NCBI GenBank assembly: GCA_030066315.1
Contig: JASJBW010000002.1
Span: 1 to 49,718, forward strand
Direction of reading: 5' to 3'
Origin: Gammaproteobacteria bacterium
GTDB taxonomy: Bacteria; Pseudomonadota; Gammaproteobacteria; GCA-001735895
Length of the DNA stretch: 49,718 nt
Made by a program: the position numbers and the translations under genes. The notes under the pieces were generated by a model. That model was not told the DNA's origin and searched no databases. It was given only the letters and a program-made list of their open reading frames with translations. Below, piece after piece: positions 28,854 through 37,975 of the stretch. The stretch's first letter is position 1. Each line of letters opens with the position of its first letter.

Positions 28854-28882
28854 GGCCGGCTGATCTTCATAATCAGCCGGCC
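28854..28882 (-). other. GC-rich intercistronic stem-loop between the proteorhodopsin stop and the crtE start
   Basis: ggccggctgat-cttcata-atcagccggcc, an 11-bp perfect stem. It begins 7 nt after the PR stop and ends 8 nt before the crtE ATG. No U-tract follows on the transcribed strand. Confidence 0.6.
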
Positions 28883-28889
28883 GTATCCC

Positions 28890-29645
28890 TCAGGCTTTTT
28901 CCTGGGCCGCGTCGGCTTCAGATTTACGTACCGCAATCATGTATATGAGTACACCAAAGACCGCCTTGGCGACGATATCAGCAATGGTGTAACCCACCTG
29001 AACTGCTGTTTCAGCAGCACCGCCTACCAAACCAATCATTGGGAATACGAACACAACTGGGTAGAATGACCATGACAAAACGGTCAACCAGCGCGCCTTG
29101 TTGACTAAGCCACGAACATTTTCGGGCTGAGCGGCAATCGAATCGCGAAGACCCACGAAAAGTTCGTACACGATCCATATAAATGGAATCATTGCGAGCA
29201 CCCACCAGATCCAGCGAGTGCCGGCATCATCAGATATTTCTCCTGGATAACCCAACACAATCATGATCGCCGCCAGTAAACCCAGACGTAGCGATTTGCT
29301 GTAGGTCTCTTCTTTCGAAAGACGCATTACCAGGATTAGTTCAATCAACAGTAGTGGTACTGTCAGTAACCAATCCACGTAACGATAGGCATCGTTAAAG
29401 GCAATACCCGTTTGAGTGAGCACACCATTGACGACATCATAAGCAGCGTCCCAGCTCTCGTAGATGCGGACATAGTGATAGAGCGCAATGAATGTTACGA
29501 GCCCGGTTATGGTGAGAGCTGTTTTGTAATAGTTTGACACCTGACTGCGACCCAGCCAGAAAAAAATGGTTGCTGCGGCCATCGTAGCTATTGAGAAGGA
29601 AAAAAAGTTTGCAACTAATTCATATTGAAAGACGGTTATGGTCAT
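28890..29645 (-). CDS. Proteorhodopsin-type light-driven proton pump (DTE motif, Leu at the spectral-tuning site)
   Basis: 251 aa, 7 TM. RYVDWLLTVPLLLIELI gives D91/T95/E102, equivalent to D97/T101/E108 of green proteorhodopsin. L99 is equivalent to L105. His57 sits in LYHYVR and the Schiff-base Lys227 in ADIVAKAVFG. Confidence 0.92.
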   Translation of the reverse strand: MTITVFQYELVANFFSFSIATMAAATIFFWLGRSQVSNYYKTALTITGLVTFIALYHYVRIYESWDAAYDVVNGVLTQTGIAFNDAYRYVDWLLTVPLLLIELILVMRLSKEETYSKSLRLGLLAAIMIVLGYPGEISDDAGTRWIWWVLAMIPFIWIVYELFVGLRDSIAAQPENVRGLVNKARWLTVLSWSFYPVVFVFPMIGLVGGAAETAVQVGYTIADIVAKAVFGVLIYMIAVRKSEADAAQEKA

Positions 29646-30252
29646 ACCGTAATACCTCTTGAGTAAAATGTTTGTTCAGTTTTCGAATGCCTGTTCAAAG
29701 CATCGGGGTTATCCATGCACTAATCAGCGATGGTTAGACAAACCTTGTACAATCCGAAAGGAAGAAGAGATAAATGCACTATTTAAACCCAGAAATATCG
29801 ATTTGTCCTGCACAAGTTATGGACATAGTGCCACATATCAACCCAAAAGTTCAAATATTTATTATTTTAATACTGGTCAAAACATGGACAAGATTGATTT
29901 GGATAGTTTTGTTATTGGGAAAATTTGAAAACACAAATAGCTCAGAGAAGAGCGTTTCATCTGGTAAATTTCTATCAATGTAAATTGATCTTGAACATCA
30001 GAAACGCTCTGATGACTGGTAAAGAATATGACTCAATGGGTTCTTGCGCAGACTGACAGCGCTGGACAGGACTACACGATTCCACTCATTTAAAAGTCAA
30101 TCGCAGATTTTTACATTATTTTCACGGCAACTTAACGGGGATTTCACATCTCAGCCCGTATGTTCCTTGAAAATAATAGTAACTGGTGTTTATCTAACGC
30201 CCGTTTCTTAAAATGCATATTTTTTTATCAAAGTTCTGGGATTTGCCAAGCG

Positions 30253-30966
30253 ATGAATAACGAACCAATTCTGGTAACAGGTGTTGCCAAACGTGTAGGT
30301 TTACACCTTGCCAATACCTTTTTGGAAAGGGGTATCCCGGTAATCGGTACCTATCGCACACAGCGATCAAGCCTTGCCACTCTGCAGCAAAAAGGTGCTG
30401 AACTTTATCAATGTAACTTTGACAATGATTCAGAAATTGATGAACTGATCAATTCGGTGAAACAAAACCATACATGCCTGCGAGCCATCATACATAATGC
30501 TTCTGACTGGCTTCCAGATAATGCCGACCAGCCCTCTTCAGATATTTTACGTCGTATGATGCAAGTCCATGTCAATGCACCTTATCAAATCAATCTTGCA
30601 CTGGCTTCATTACTCAATGCCAGCACTGAAAGTCACGCAGATATCATCCACGTTGGGGACTATGTGAGCAGTCGCGGTAGTAAAAAACATATCGCCTATG
30701 CCGCGAGCAAGGCCGCTCAAGACAATCTCACTCTATCTTTTGCGGCAAAACTGGCGCCTAAGGTAAAAGTCAACAGCCTGGCTCCGGCGCTCGTGATATT
30801 TAATCCCGAAGATGATGAAGACTACCGTCGCAAAGCGCTTGAAAAGAGTTTGATTCAGCATGAAGCGGGGCTTGATGAATTTCAGCATGCAATCGACTAT
30901 CTGATGCAGAGTAATTATGTTACCGGCCGAGTTTTACCGATGGATGGAGGCCGCCACCTGAGGTAA
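30253..30966 (+). CDS. folM: SDR-family dihydromonapterin/dihydrofolate reductase FolM-like
   Basis: ILVTGVAKRVGL, IIHNAS.W, HIAYAASKAA, VKVNSLAP and the C-terminal VTGRVLPMDGGRHLR resemble E. coli FolM throughout. Start set at the internal ATG (track start 30160). Confidence 0.75.
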   Translation: MNNEPILVTGVAKRVGLHLANTFLERGIPVIGTYRTQRSSLATLQQKGAELYQCNFDNDSEIDELINSVKQNHTCLRAIIHNASDWLPDNADQPSSDILRRMMQVHVNAPYQINLALASLLNASTESHADIIHVGDYVSSRGSKKHIAYAASKAAQDNLTLSFAAKLAPKVKVNSLAPALVIFNPEDDEDYRRKALEKSLIQHEAGLDEFQHAIDYLMQSNYVTGRVLPMDGGRHLR

Positions 30967-31091
30967 ATGCTAAAGGATCTTATCTGGTACTCTTAATAAC
31001 ACGAATGAATTCCACTAGATGAAAATTATGTCAGCAGTATTATTGGTAATCAGATCACTACTGTTGATGAATAAGTTTTTACTGTGATTTT

Positions 31092-31820
31092 TTAGTGCTT
31101 CAGTAAAGTATCTTTGGCCAGGTTAATTTTGGCTGCGAGGTAGGCGGAACCACCACGATCCGGATGCAGTTTTTGGATCAAACGGCGATGTGCCTCGATG
31201 ATTTCCTCTTCGCTGGGATCTGGCTCCAGGCCGAGGATCTGCAATGCTTCAGCACGTGACATCTCACCCGGCGTGCTTGCTTCATGCCGTTGCGACTGTT
31301 CACCGGCGCGTTCCTGCCAGGTGTCTGCATAGACACGATCCAGATAAGCATGCAGCAGTGCTACTGACTCTTCATCATGCCGGCATTCAGTCAACAATCG
31401 TAGTAACGCGTCAAGATCGAGTTGATCAAGCATTTTTCCGGCAAACTGCCCTGCCAGTACTTCACCATTGATATCACCAGAATCGTGGTTCAGAGTCATG
31501 CGGATATACTGGCTTTGAACGGTTGAAGTCTGCCCGCTACTGGGTCTTTGTGGCTTTGCGCCACCTCCCATACCTGCCAGCAAGCGACGGATCAATGGCC
31601 AATTGCCTGCCAAAGTAAGCAGACCCCGTAAAAAAGGGAGCAAAGCGGCAAATACCGCGGCCACCCAGTGTGCACGTCCAGTTAAGACCAACGCCAGCAG
31701 TACCAATGCTGCCGTAACCGCGAGTAACTGCCAGCGTACCCGTGCAGGTTGGCGGCTAATCCAACGGAAGAGAAAATAGGACCCTGCCGCGATAATAAGC
31801 AGCAGTAACAACCGTGCCAT
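31092..31820 (-). CDS. Membrane-anchored J-domain (DnaJ-like) protein
   Basis: N-terminal TM segments ([18 protein letters not shown]..., [15 protein letters not shown]...). C-terminal J domain [35 protein letters not shown] carries the HPD motif. The ATG lies 1 nt after the VWA gene stop. Confidence 0.8.
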   Translation of the reverse strand: MARLLLLLIIAAGSYFLFRWISRQPARVRWQLLAVTAALVLLALVLTGRAHWVAAVFAALLPFLRGLLTLAGNWPLIRRLLAGMGGGAKPQRPSSGQTSTVQSQYIRMTLNHDSGDINGEVLAGQFAGKMLDQLDLDALLRLLTECRHDEESVALLHAYLDRVYADTWQERAGEQSQRHEASTPGEMSRAEALQILGLEPDPSEEEIIEAHRRLIQKLHPDRGGSAYLAAKINLAKDTLLKH

Positions 31821-31821
31821 A

Positions 31822-32535
31822 TCAGTTCTCGTCCAACTGACGGGTGAGTCTCCGTACGACCTCGCCACGATCTTTACCAAAGTCCCTTAAGGCTTTGTGC
31901 CCACCGGCAGCATAGACTGCCACGGCGCTTAACAGATCCCTCAGTTGAGCTGCGCTGTTGCTATCGAAACTATAATAGGCCCCACGGGTCAGTCGGGCCA
32001 TCTCCTTAAAGGTGTTTTGCGCCATGGGCTCGTCACCCTCATGAAAAATGAAAGCGGGCACACCGAGCATACCGAGCTCGCCCGCAAGATGGCACAAATG
32101 ATCAACGTCTTCCTCCATACAATCCCCGACAAAAACAAGCGCCTGTATTTTTTTCTGCTTGGTCTGTTCGATAGCCTGGCGCAGTACTTTTTCGATCTGA
32201 GTATAGCCACCACGGCAGGACACGCTCGTCATTCTCTGTAGCAGGGCACTGGCAGACGATAACCAGGGGCTAGCATCAAATTCATCATACCCACGGTAAT
32301 AACATAACTGGATCTCGAGGCCTCCCAGTGCTGCAGTGGTACTGAACATATCGCCCTGGATTTTACAGGCCCGGTCCCAGCTAGGTTCCCGGCTGGCGGT
32401 TGCGTCCATGGCAAATATCAATCGTCCACGTTCAGTACTGGGTTTAGTTGCTGGCATCGATCGAACCTGTTTGACAAAAGCATCAATGGTTGCCTTGCCT
32501 GAAGTTCGTGTAATGTTCTTGTCAGAATTTGCCAT
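31822..32535 (-). CDS. von Willebrand factor A (VWA) domain protein
   Basis: 237 aa. MIDAS-like [15 protein letters not shown] (DxTxS), later [12 protein letters not shown], and a Rossmann-like alternation. Confidence 0.7.
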   Translation of the reverse strand: MANSDKNITRTSGKATIDAFVKQVRSMPATKPSTERGRLIFAMDATASREPSWDRACKIQGDMFSTTAALGGLEIQLCYYRGYDEFDASPWLSSASALLQRMTSVSCRGGYTQIEKVLRQAIEQTKQKKIQALVFVGDCMEEDVDHLCHLAGELGMLGVPAFIFHEGDEPMAQNTFKEMARLTRGAYYSFDSNSAAQLRDLLSAVAVYAAGGHKALRDFGKDRGEVVRRLTRQLDEN

Positions 32536-32622
32536 GTGATTTTTTGCTACTTATCTGCATGACAGTATACCTATAGACCTTCTTTTTAGGCCAATGGTCT
32601 CTCCCTTAAAAGGATCAAAATT

Positions 32623-34143
32623 TCATTTTTTACTGGGTGGCAGCAGACGAAACCGTTTATCGATCAGGTCTGCATCATCGAAATGCCTCCTACCCACAAA
32701 AGCCGTCGCTTGTGTACCCGCCTGTCGCATTGCGCCGGCATTCTTGATACCCATCGGCCAGAACAAAAAACGCTCTCGCCGTTCGCTTCCAGCCACCAGG
32801 CCATCTGGCCCGAACATGCTGCGAGTGGCTCCATCAGGATGTGGCAGGACACGCAGGTCATCGTAGTCAGCGAGACGGTAATGAACCCCTTCCCCAGCAT
32901 CACTTGGCGAGACATTACGCAAGTAATGAGTACGGGTTTGTAAGCTCAAGGTAAGACGCTCACCTGGCATGATTCGGGGCAAATCTAATGGTGTAAATGC
33001 CCACTCCTCTTTGGGATTCGGTGCTGGAATGGGCTTTACTCGCGGTGTGGTAAAAAACATGTGATAACAACCGCAAGGATGAATACTGTCATAAAGAATG
33101 GGTTCCCCATCAGGAGCAAGCGTCACGCGCCAGACAAACCCATCCAAGTGTCCGCCGAGTAGATCAAAAGCGCTCTCCCGCGGACGTTCGGGCATCCACA
33201 CCACGTAGACCAACTGTAACAAGGTTCGTTGTTGCACGCGGGTATATTCCAGTCGTGTATAAACGGTAGGTTGAGAGGTATCCAACTGGGGTGATGGTTT
33301 ATCTGCCCAATTAATTGTGCCAATGCGGTCAAATTCACCGGTTGTTTCGACTTGATAAACCGGGGCAAAAGTCTGAAAAAGCTTTTGTTTTTCAGGCTTG
33401 CTTAATTTGATCATGCCGAGAGGATTCTTCTCTGCCTGGGCTAAAATATCGCGAACCTCTTGTTGACTGAATACACCCTCATCAGGCGGTAAGTAATACT
33501 GAACAGGCTGACTTGCCAGCTTGCCACTTCTTGCCAGTTTAATCGTCTCTACTGAACGCTCCTGCCAGTCCTCAATACCCAGATAAAAGGGATAACGGGT
33601 CATTGCATAGAGTCCAAGCACTCGTTTGGGGGTGCTGTAATCATCCTTTACCTTTACCCGTTGAGCCATCAATGTGATCGCTTCTGCATGATTAACATCC
33701 TGTAACAACAATAGCGCCCCACATTCCTGAAAACGAGCAATCAGAAGATCCTTATCCTCATACCCGAATTCATTCAGAACCTCTGCTGGTAAATTGGAAA
33801 TTTCAATAGCTCGACCTTTTATATCAAGCTCACGTAATTGTCCCATCCAGGCTTCGCGGAGCGCAGCATCATGAACGGCTTGTTTACCAAACGATGCCAG
33901 GAAACGGTTAACCCGCAAATACGGATAGCCTTCAACCTGCCGTGCCCCCTTATCACGCACCTTGGCCTGGACCGTGACAGCATCCATTTTCTGGTAAAGT
34001 AGTGCGCAAGACTGAGTTTCGATTTCGGTGGATTTAAGATGGCCCAAATGGGGCTGCTTAATACTGGCACATCCCATTAATGCCAAGATGAAACCGGTCA
34101 CACAAAGGGTCTTGCTGACAACCATGAGTGATTTTTTAGACAT
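32623..34143 (-). CDS. Lipoprotein of unknown function
   Basis: 506 aa. Lipobox ILALMGC at the end of a signal peptide. No domain recognised. Confidence 0.6.
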   Translation of the reverse strand: MSKKSLMVVSKTLCVTGFILALMGCASIKQPHLGHLKSTEIETQSCALLYQKMDAVTVQAKVRDKGARQVEGYPYLRVNRFLASFGKQAVHDAALREAWMGQLRELDIKGRAIEISNLPAEVLNEFGYEDKDLLIARFQECGALLLLQDVNHAEAITLMAQRVKVKDDYSTPKRVLGLYAMTRYPFYLGIEDWQERSVETIKLARSGKLASQPVQYYLPPDEGVFSQQEVRDILAQAEKNPLGMIKLSKPEKQKLFQTFAPVYQVETTGEFDRIGTINWADKPSPQLDTSQPTVYTRLEYTRVQQRTLLQLVYVVWMPERPRESAFDLLGGHLDGFVWRVTLAPDGEPILYDSIHPCGCYHMFFTTPRVKPIPAPNPKEEWAFTPLDLPRIMPGERLTLSLQTRTHYLRNVSPSDAGEGVHYRLADYDDLRVLPHPDGATRSMFGPDGLVAGSERRERFLFWPMGIKNAGAMRQAGTQATAFVGRRHFDDADLIDKRFRLLPPSKK

Positions 34144-34411
34144 AACCGCTATTAACCCTAATTCGCTATCACAAAGGTAGCATTGAAAAACGACAACTTG
34201 GACTCAAGGATAATGCTATCCACTATATGAGTTATTCATTACCTTTCATCTACTGAGTCATTTTCTATTAAAAAGTTGTGGTTTCTTTAATCATAAACTC
34301 ACTGATAACATCACCCACTTTCAGAAGTGATGATGGAATGCGGGTTGAAACCCTCAAAATGACCCCAATTGTATACCTACGATTGCGAAACCTATTTGAG
34401 CTGACATCATT

Positions 34412-34801
34412 ATGGCCACACATCACCCCACAGAAATAAAACTCCATCAACAATCTCACCTATTGGAGATCAGCTATAATGATGGCGCCCAGTTTAATTT
34501 GAGATGTGAATACCTGCGTGTTTTTTCTCCATCAGCAGATGTGAGAGGACATTTTGGGGACTTTGCTAACCTGGTGACTGGTAAGGAAAAGGTCAATATC
34601 AAGAATATAGTGCCCGTTGGACAATACGCGATCAAGATTTTCTTTGATGATGGCTATAAGTCAGGGTTATACGACTGGGACTACCTGTATGATTTAGGCT
34701 TGAATTATGAAGAATATTGGAACGATTATCTCACCCGTTGCCACGAATCTGGAGTTTCAACCACCGCAACGCATGCTGTTAAAGAAAACAGCAGTGATTA
34801 A
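34412..34801 (+). CDS. DUF971 (gamma-butyrobetaine hydroxylase-like N-terminal domain) protein
   Basis: 129 aa. LEISYNDGAQFNLRCEYLRVFSPSA ... VPVGQYAIKIFFDDGYKSGLYDWDYL is typical of DUF971. Confidence 0.7.
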   Translation: MATHHPTEIKLHQQSHLLEISYNDGAQFNLRCEYLRVFSPSADVRGHFGDFANLVTGKEKVNIKNIVPVGQYAIKIFFDDGYKSGLYDWDYLYDLGLNYEEYWNDYLTRCHESGVSTTATHAVKENSSD

Positions 34802-34858
34802 CTTCACCCACTGATTACGGGTTAACAGGTTCCAGTGAAAACCCGTCACTGATTGCTT

Positions 34859-36031
34859 CTAATGGGTTTGTTTCGAAGATAATCTTAAAACGAGGTAACC
34901 CGCCAGACCGGAGAGCAAGGATCCCGCCAATATGCCAATTCTATCGTTAACAGCATAGTCGGGCCCTCCTTGTTCAAATGCCAGGGAACCTACAAAAAGA
35001 CTCATGGTGAAACCAATACCACATAGGAGTGCAACACCGTACAACTGGGCCCATGAAGCTTTATCCGGCAGTTTTGCAAGACCGGATTTTATCGCCAGGA
35101 AACATAACCCGAATATACCTACCTGGTTACCCAGAAAGAGCCCTAACGCAATACCCAGGGGAACAGGCTGCAGCAAAGCATTAAAAGTTAATCCTTCAAA
35201 AGTGACTCCTGCATTGGCAAACGCAAAGATCGGTAAAATGCCAAATACAACCGTGGGATGGAGGTCATGCTCCAGTTTTTCGAGTTGAGTATTCGATTCA
35301 CCGGGCAACTTTTTATAGGGTATAAACAAGGCTGTAACCACGCCCGCAAGAGTGGCATGGACACCGGACTTTAAAACCGCCGCCCAGAGCACTATACCCA
35401 CGATGATGTAAGGAGTCAGCCCCATGACTTGCCTACGATTCAATATCCATAGAATGCTTATTCCAACGAGCGCGGCAATGAGTGAAGTAATGGACAGTTC
35501 ACTGGTATAAAAAAGTGCGATGATGATGATGGCACCCAAATCATCGGCGATGGCCAAGGTCATTAAAAAGATTTTTAGTGACTGAGGGATTCTTGATCCC
35601 AGCAAGGCCAGCACACCGAGAGCAAAAGCTATATCGGTTGCCGAAGGTATAGCCCATCCTTTCATGGCCACAGGATCACCATAATTGATCACCGTGTAGA
35701 TAATCGCTGGAAGCGCCATACCGCCTACCGCACCGATAAGCGGTAAGGCCACTTGTGATGGATTGGATAATTCTCCGGCGATCACTTCCCTTTTGATTTC
35801 CAGGCCGATGAGGAAGAAAAAAATTGCCATCAAGCCATCGTTGATCCAAAGCAAAAGCGGTTTAGCGATTTCCAATTGCCCAATTCGGATCTCTACCGGA
35901 ACACTCAGTAGCGAATCGTACAGGGGCTTCAAGGGTGAATTTTCAGCAACCATGGCAAGTACCATGGCTATTACGAGCAAAAACCCGCCCGCAGCTTCCA
36001 GTTGTAGGAATTCTTTAATTCTATTGATCAT
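34859..36031 (-). CDS. nhaA: Na+/H+ antiporter NhaA
   Basis: 390 aa. Collinear with E. coli NhaA as recalled ([43 protein letters not shown], the [15 protein letters not shown] Asp pair). Confidence 0.92.
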   Translation of the reverse strand: MINRIKEFLQLEAAGGFLLVIAMVLAMVAENSPLKPLYDSLLSVPVEIRIGQLEIAKPLLLWINDGLMAIFFFLIGLEIKREVIAGELSNPSQVALPLIGAVGGMALPAIIYTVINYGDPVAMKGWAIPSATDIAFALGVLALLGSRIPQSLKIFLMTLAIADDLGAIIIIALFYTSELSITSLIAALVGISILWILNRRQVMGLTPYIIVGIVLWAAVLKSGVHATLAGVVTALFIPYKKLPGESNTQLEKLEHDLHPTVVFGILPIFAFANAGVTFEGLTFNALLQPVPLGIALGLFLGNQVGIFGLCFLAIKSGLAKLPDKASWAQLYGVALLCGIGFTMSLFVGSLAFEQGGPDYAVNDRIGILAGSLLSGLAGYLVLRLSSKQTH

Positions 36032-36188
36032 GTTTTATCTTATTGAAAATCAACCATGCGATCATTGCACCGCTTTTTGCGCCCATTAACTGCTCAATTT
36101 TCCGTTGTCATAACCTGACAACATATCAACGTATGGCATTTTCATCAATGCCAATAATGTTAATTTAATTCTGACTAGGAACGAATAC

Positions 36189-36209
36189 TTACCATTTTTA
36201 AAATGGTAA
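36189..36209. promoter_or_regulatory. Perfect 21-bp palindrome ~160 bp upstream of nhaA (candidate operator)
   Basis: ttaccatttt-t-aaaatggtaa, with 10-bp perfect arms around one central base. Confidence 0.35.
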
Positions 36210-36367
36210 AACTATAAGATCATTAGTGGCACGACCACCAATTAGTTTTTTTATTGTCGTAATAATTTTGTTTTTTCACCACAAAGGGATTATGTATGGT
36301 TTCAATTTTGAAAACACACAAATGGTGGCGCTATTAATTTTCAGATTATGATGATTTGTCTCTTGAA

Positions 36368-36394
36368 ACTTGCAGCCCTTGAAGGGCTGCAAGT
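36368..36394 (-). terminator. Stem-loop, possible terminator of the rhodanese/PDO operon
   Basis: acttgcagccc-ttgaa-gggctgcaagt stem. Only a short TTT follows on the minus strand. Confidence 0.4.
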
Positions 36395-36408
36395 ACCTGG
36401 ACAGGGTA

Positions 36409-36531
36409 TTACCTGGACGCCATAAACAAAACTAAGCTGGTCGTGAGCAATCCTGAAATCAGGGTCAGAATCCACTTTATTTTCTCCATCGCTTTATAAC
36501 TCAAGCGGCCCAATACTGTTTTTTTCATCAT
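36409..36531 (-). CDS. Possible 40-aa small membrane protein (below the ORF-track cut-off)
   Basis: Hand translation MMKKTVLGRLSYKAMEKIKWILTLISGLLTTSLVLFMASR. GGAG lies a few nt upstream. It sits downstream of the PDO gene and upstream of the stem-loop. Confidence 0.3.
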   Translation of the reverse strand: MMKKTVLGRLSYKAMEKIKWILTLISGLLTTSLVLFMASR

Positions 36532-36619
36532 AGAACTCCGGTTAATTAATATTATTCAATCTGAAAAATATGCAATATCTCAAGCGAACACATTAAATGG
36601 ATTCCATAAGCCTTTTTAT

Positions 36620-37312
36620 TTAAGCAGCTTGTTTAAATCCGCAACTCATGTTTGCAGGCAAGGCTTCAGCAATCTTTGCGGGTGGATCCAATACCAACGC
36701 GTTCATTTGCTCAATATATTGTTCCCTGGTGTGGACCTGCAATCGAGGATTGTAAACCCGCTCTTCAATGATGCTGCTGCTCGTTCTACCCTGGTAGTCA
36801 TGCGCCGGGTAAACCAACATGTTATCGGGCAAGGTTAATAGACGACCAAAGATACTGTCATACTGAGCCCCGGCATCTCCATTTTGGAAATCAGTTCTAC
36901 CTGTACCCCTGATTAGCAAGGTATCACCCGTAAACACTCGATCCTTCATTACAAAAGAATAAGAATCATCGGTATGGCCCGGTGTGTACCAAGCACGTAA
37001 TACCAATTTACCCACAACCAGAGCATCGTTATCCTTGAAGTGATGTGACACACATTCGGCACGGGTTTGTTCACCCATGGCATACATGCATTTGCTAACC
37101 TCACGCAAATGGCCTGCCCCGGTAATATGATCGGCATGGATATGCGTGTCTACGGCCATGACCAGTTTTAAATCCAGTTCGCGCACTAATTGCGAGTAGT
37201 AGGAAACATTCTCCAGTACCGGATCAATAATTAATGCTTCACCACCATGACGATCAGCCAGAAGGTAAGTAAAAGTTGAGGATACGGGATCAAACAATTG
37301 TCTAAATATCAT
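36620..37312 (-). CDS. MBL-fold persulfide dioxygenase (ETHE1/Blh-like)
   Basis: IFRQLFDPVSSTFTYLL start, DTHIHADHITG metal motif, later YTPGHTDDS and AHDY. ATG lies 6 nt after GGAG; the track start at 37324 is a TTG extension. Confidence 0.8.
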   Translation of the reverse strand: MIFRQLFDPVSSTFTYLLADRHGGEALIIDPVLENVSYYSQLVRELDLKLVMAVDTHIHADHITGAGHLREVSKCMYAMGEQTRAECVSHHFKDNDALVVGKLVLRAWYTPGHTDDSYSFVMKDRVFTGDTLLIRGTGRTDFQNGDAGAQYDSIFGRLLTLPDNMLVYPAHDYQGRTSSSIIEERVYNPRLQVHTREQYIEQMNALVLDPPAKIAEALPANMSCGFKQAA

Positions 37313-37356
37313 AAATATCTCCAATTAAGTTGTAATGTTTACTTGTGCCTTCCAAT

Positions 37357-37914
37357 TCAGGCCGGATGGTTTGGGCTTATCTGATTCCAAGGCATCTTTG
37401 CCAACAATGCACTGAGCGTACATTTAGCAGTAACACCCGCGGTAATCAGGCCGATACCCATAAAAGCGATCAGCGCATAAAAAAACGGATGAATCAGCAG
37501 CCCCTTGGCAAGCATGAGTAATAACAATCCGCCAATCGCTATTTGGGTTTGACGCTCTAAGGAAGGTAACCTTGAGGTACGTTTAATGGGTAAACCCTGG
37601 TTGCGCCAGGCCCGGGTGCCGCCTCCTACGATTACCAGATTATTCAGATTCTGTTCCTGCAAAAGCTCAACTGCCTGAAGAGCACGATCACCCGACTCAC
37701 AGATGAAATACAAGGTATTATTTTCAACAACTTCAGGGCCCAGATTCTCTTCCAGATGTTCCCGGCTCAGCTGATTGAGAGGCACTGACTTTGCGCCCTT
37801 TGCATGACCATCTCTGAATTCGACCTGGCTTCTAACATCCACTAACTGAATGGGGGCATAGCTTTTCATCATGTGATGAACCATTTCTGGTTGTTCATAA
37901 CGATATTGTTTCAT
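37357..37914 (-). CDS. Rhodanese-domain protein with a C-terminal two-TM YgaP/DUF2892-like anchor
   Basis: Rhodanese core (LVDVRSQVEFRDGHAKGAKSVPL ... YFICESGDRA with the active-site Cys). The C-terminal hydrophobic hairpin contains a Cys. ATG lies 6 nt after GGAG. Confidence 0.75.
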   Translation of the reverse strand: MKQYRYEQPEMVHHMMKSYAPIQLVDVRSQVEFRDGHAKGAKSVPLNQLSREHLEENLGPEVVENNTLYFICESGDRALQAVELLQEQNLNNLVIVGGGTRAWRNQGLPIKRTSRLPSLERQTQIAIGGLLLLMLAKGLLIHPFFYALIAFMGIGLITAGVTAKCTLSALLAKMPWNQISPNHPA

Positions 37915-37975
37915 TAATTTCTCCAACTAAAAAAATTTGATGGAGTTAAATTAATGCTGTTTGACCAAATTTTAA

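Noticed and set aside
29659-29983. Two overlapping + strand ORFs (89 and 69 aa) in the region upstream of the rhodopsin gene
   Set aside because: They have no SD, mutually exclusive overlapping frames and no recognisable motif, and they lie in an AT-rich promoter region. They are treated as non-coding.
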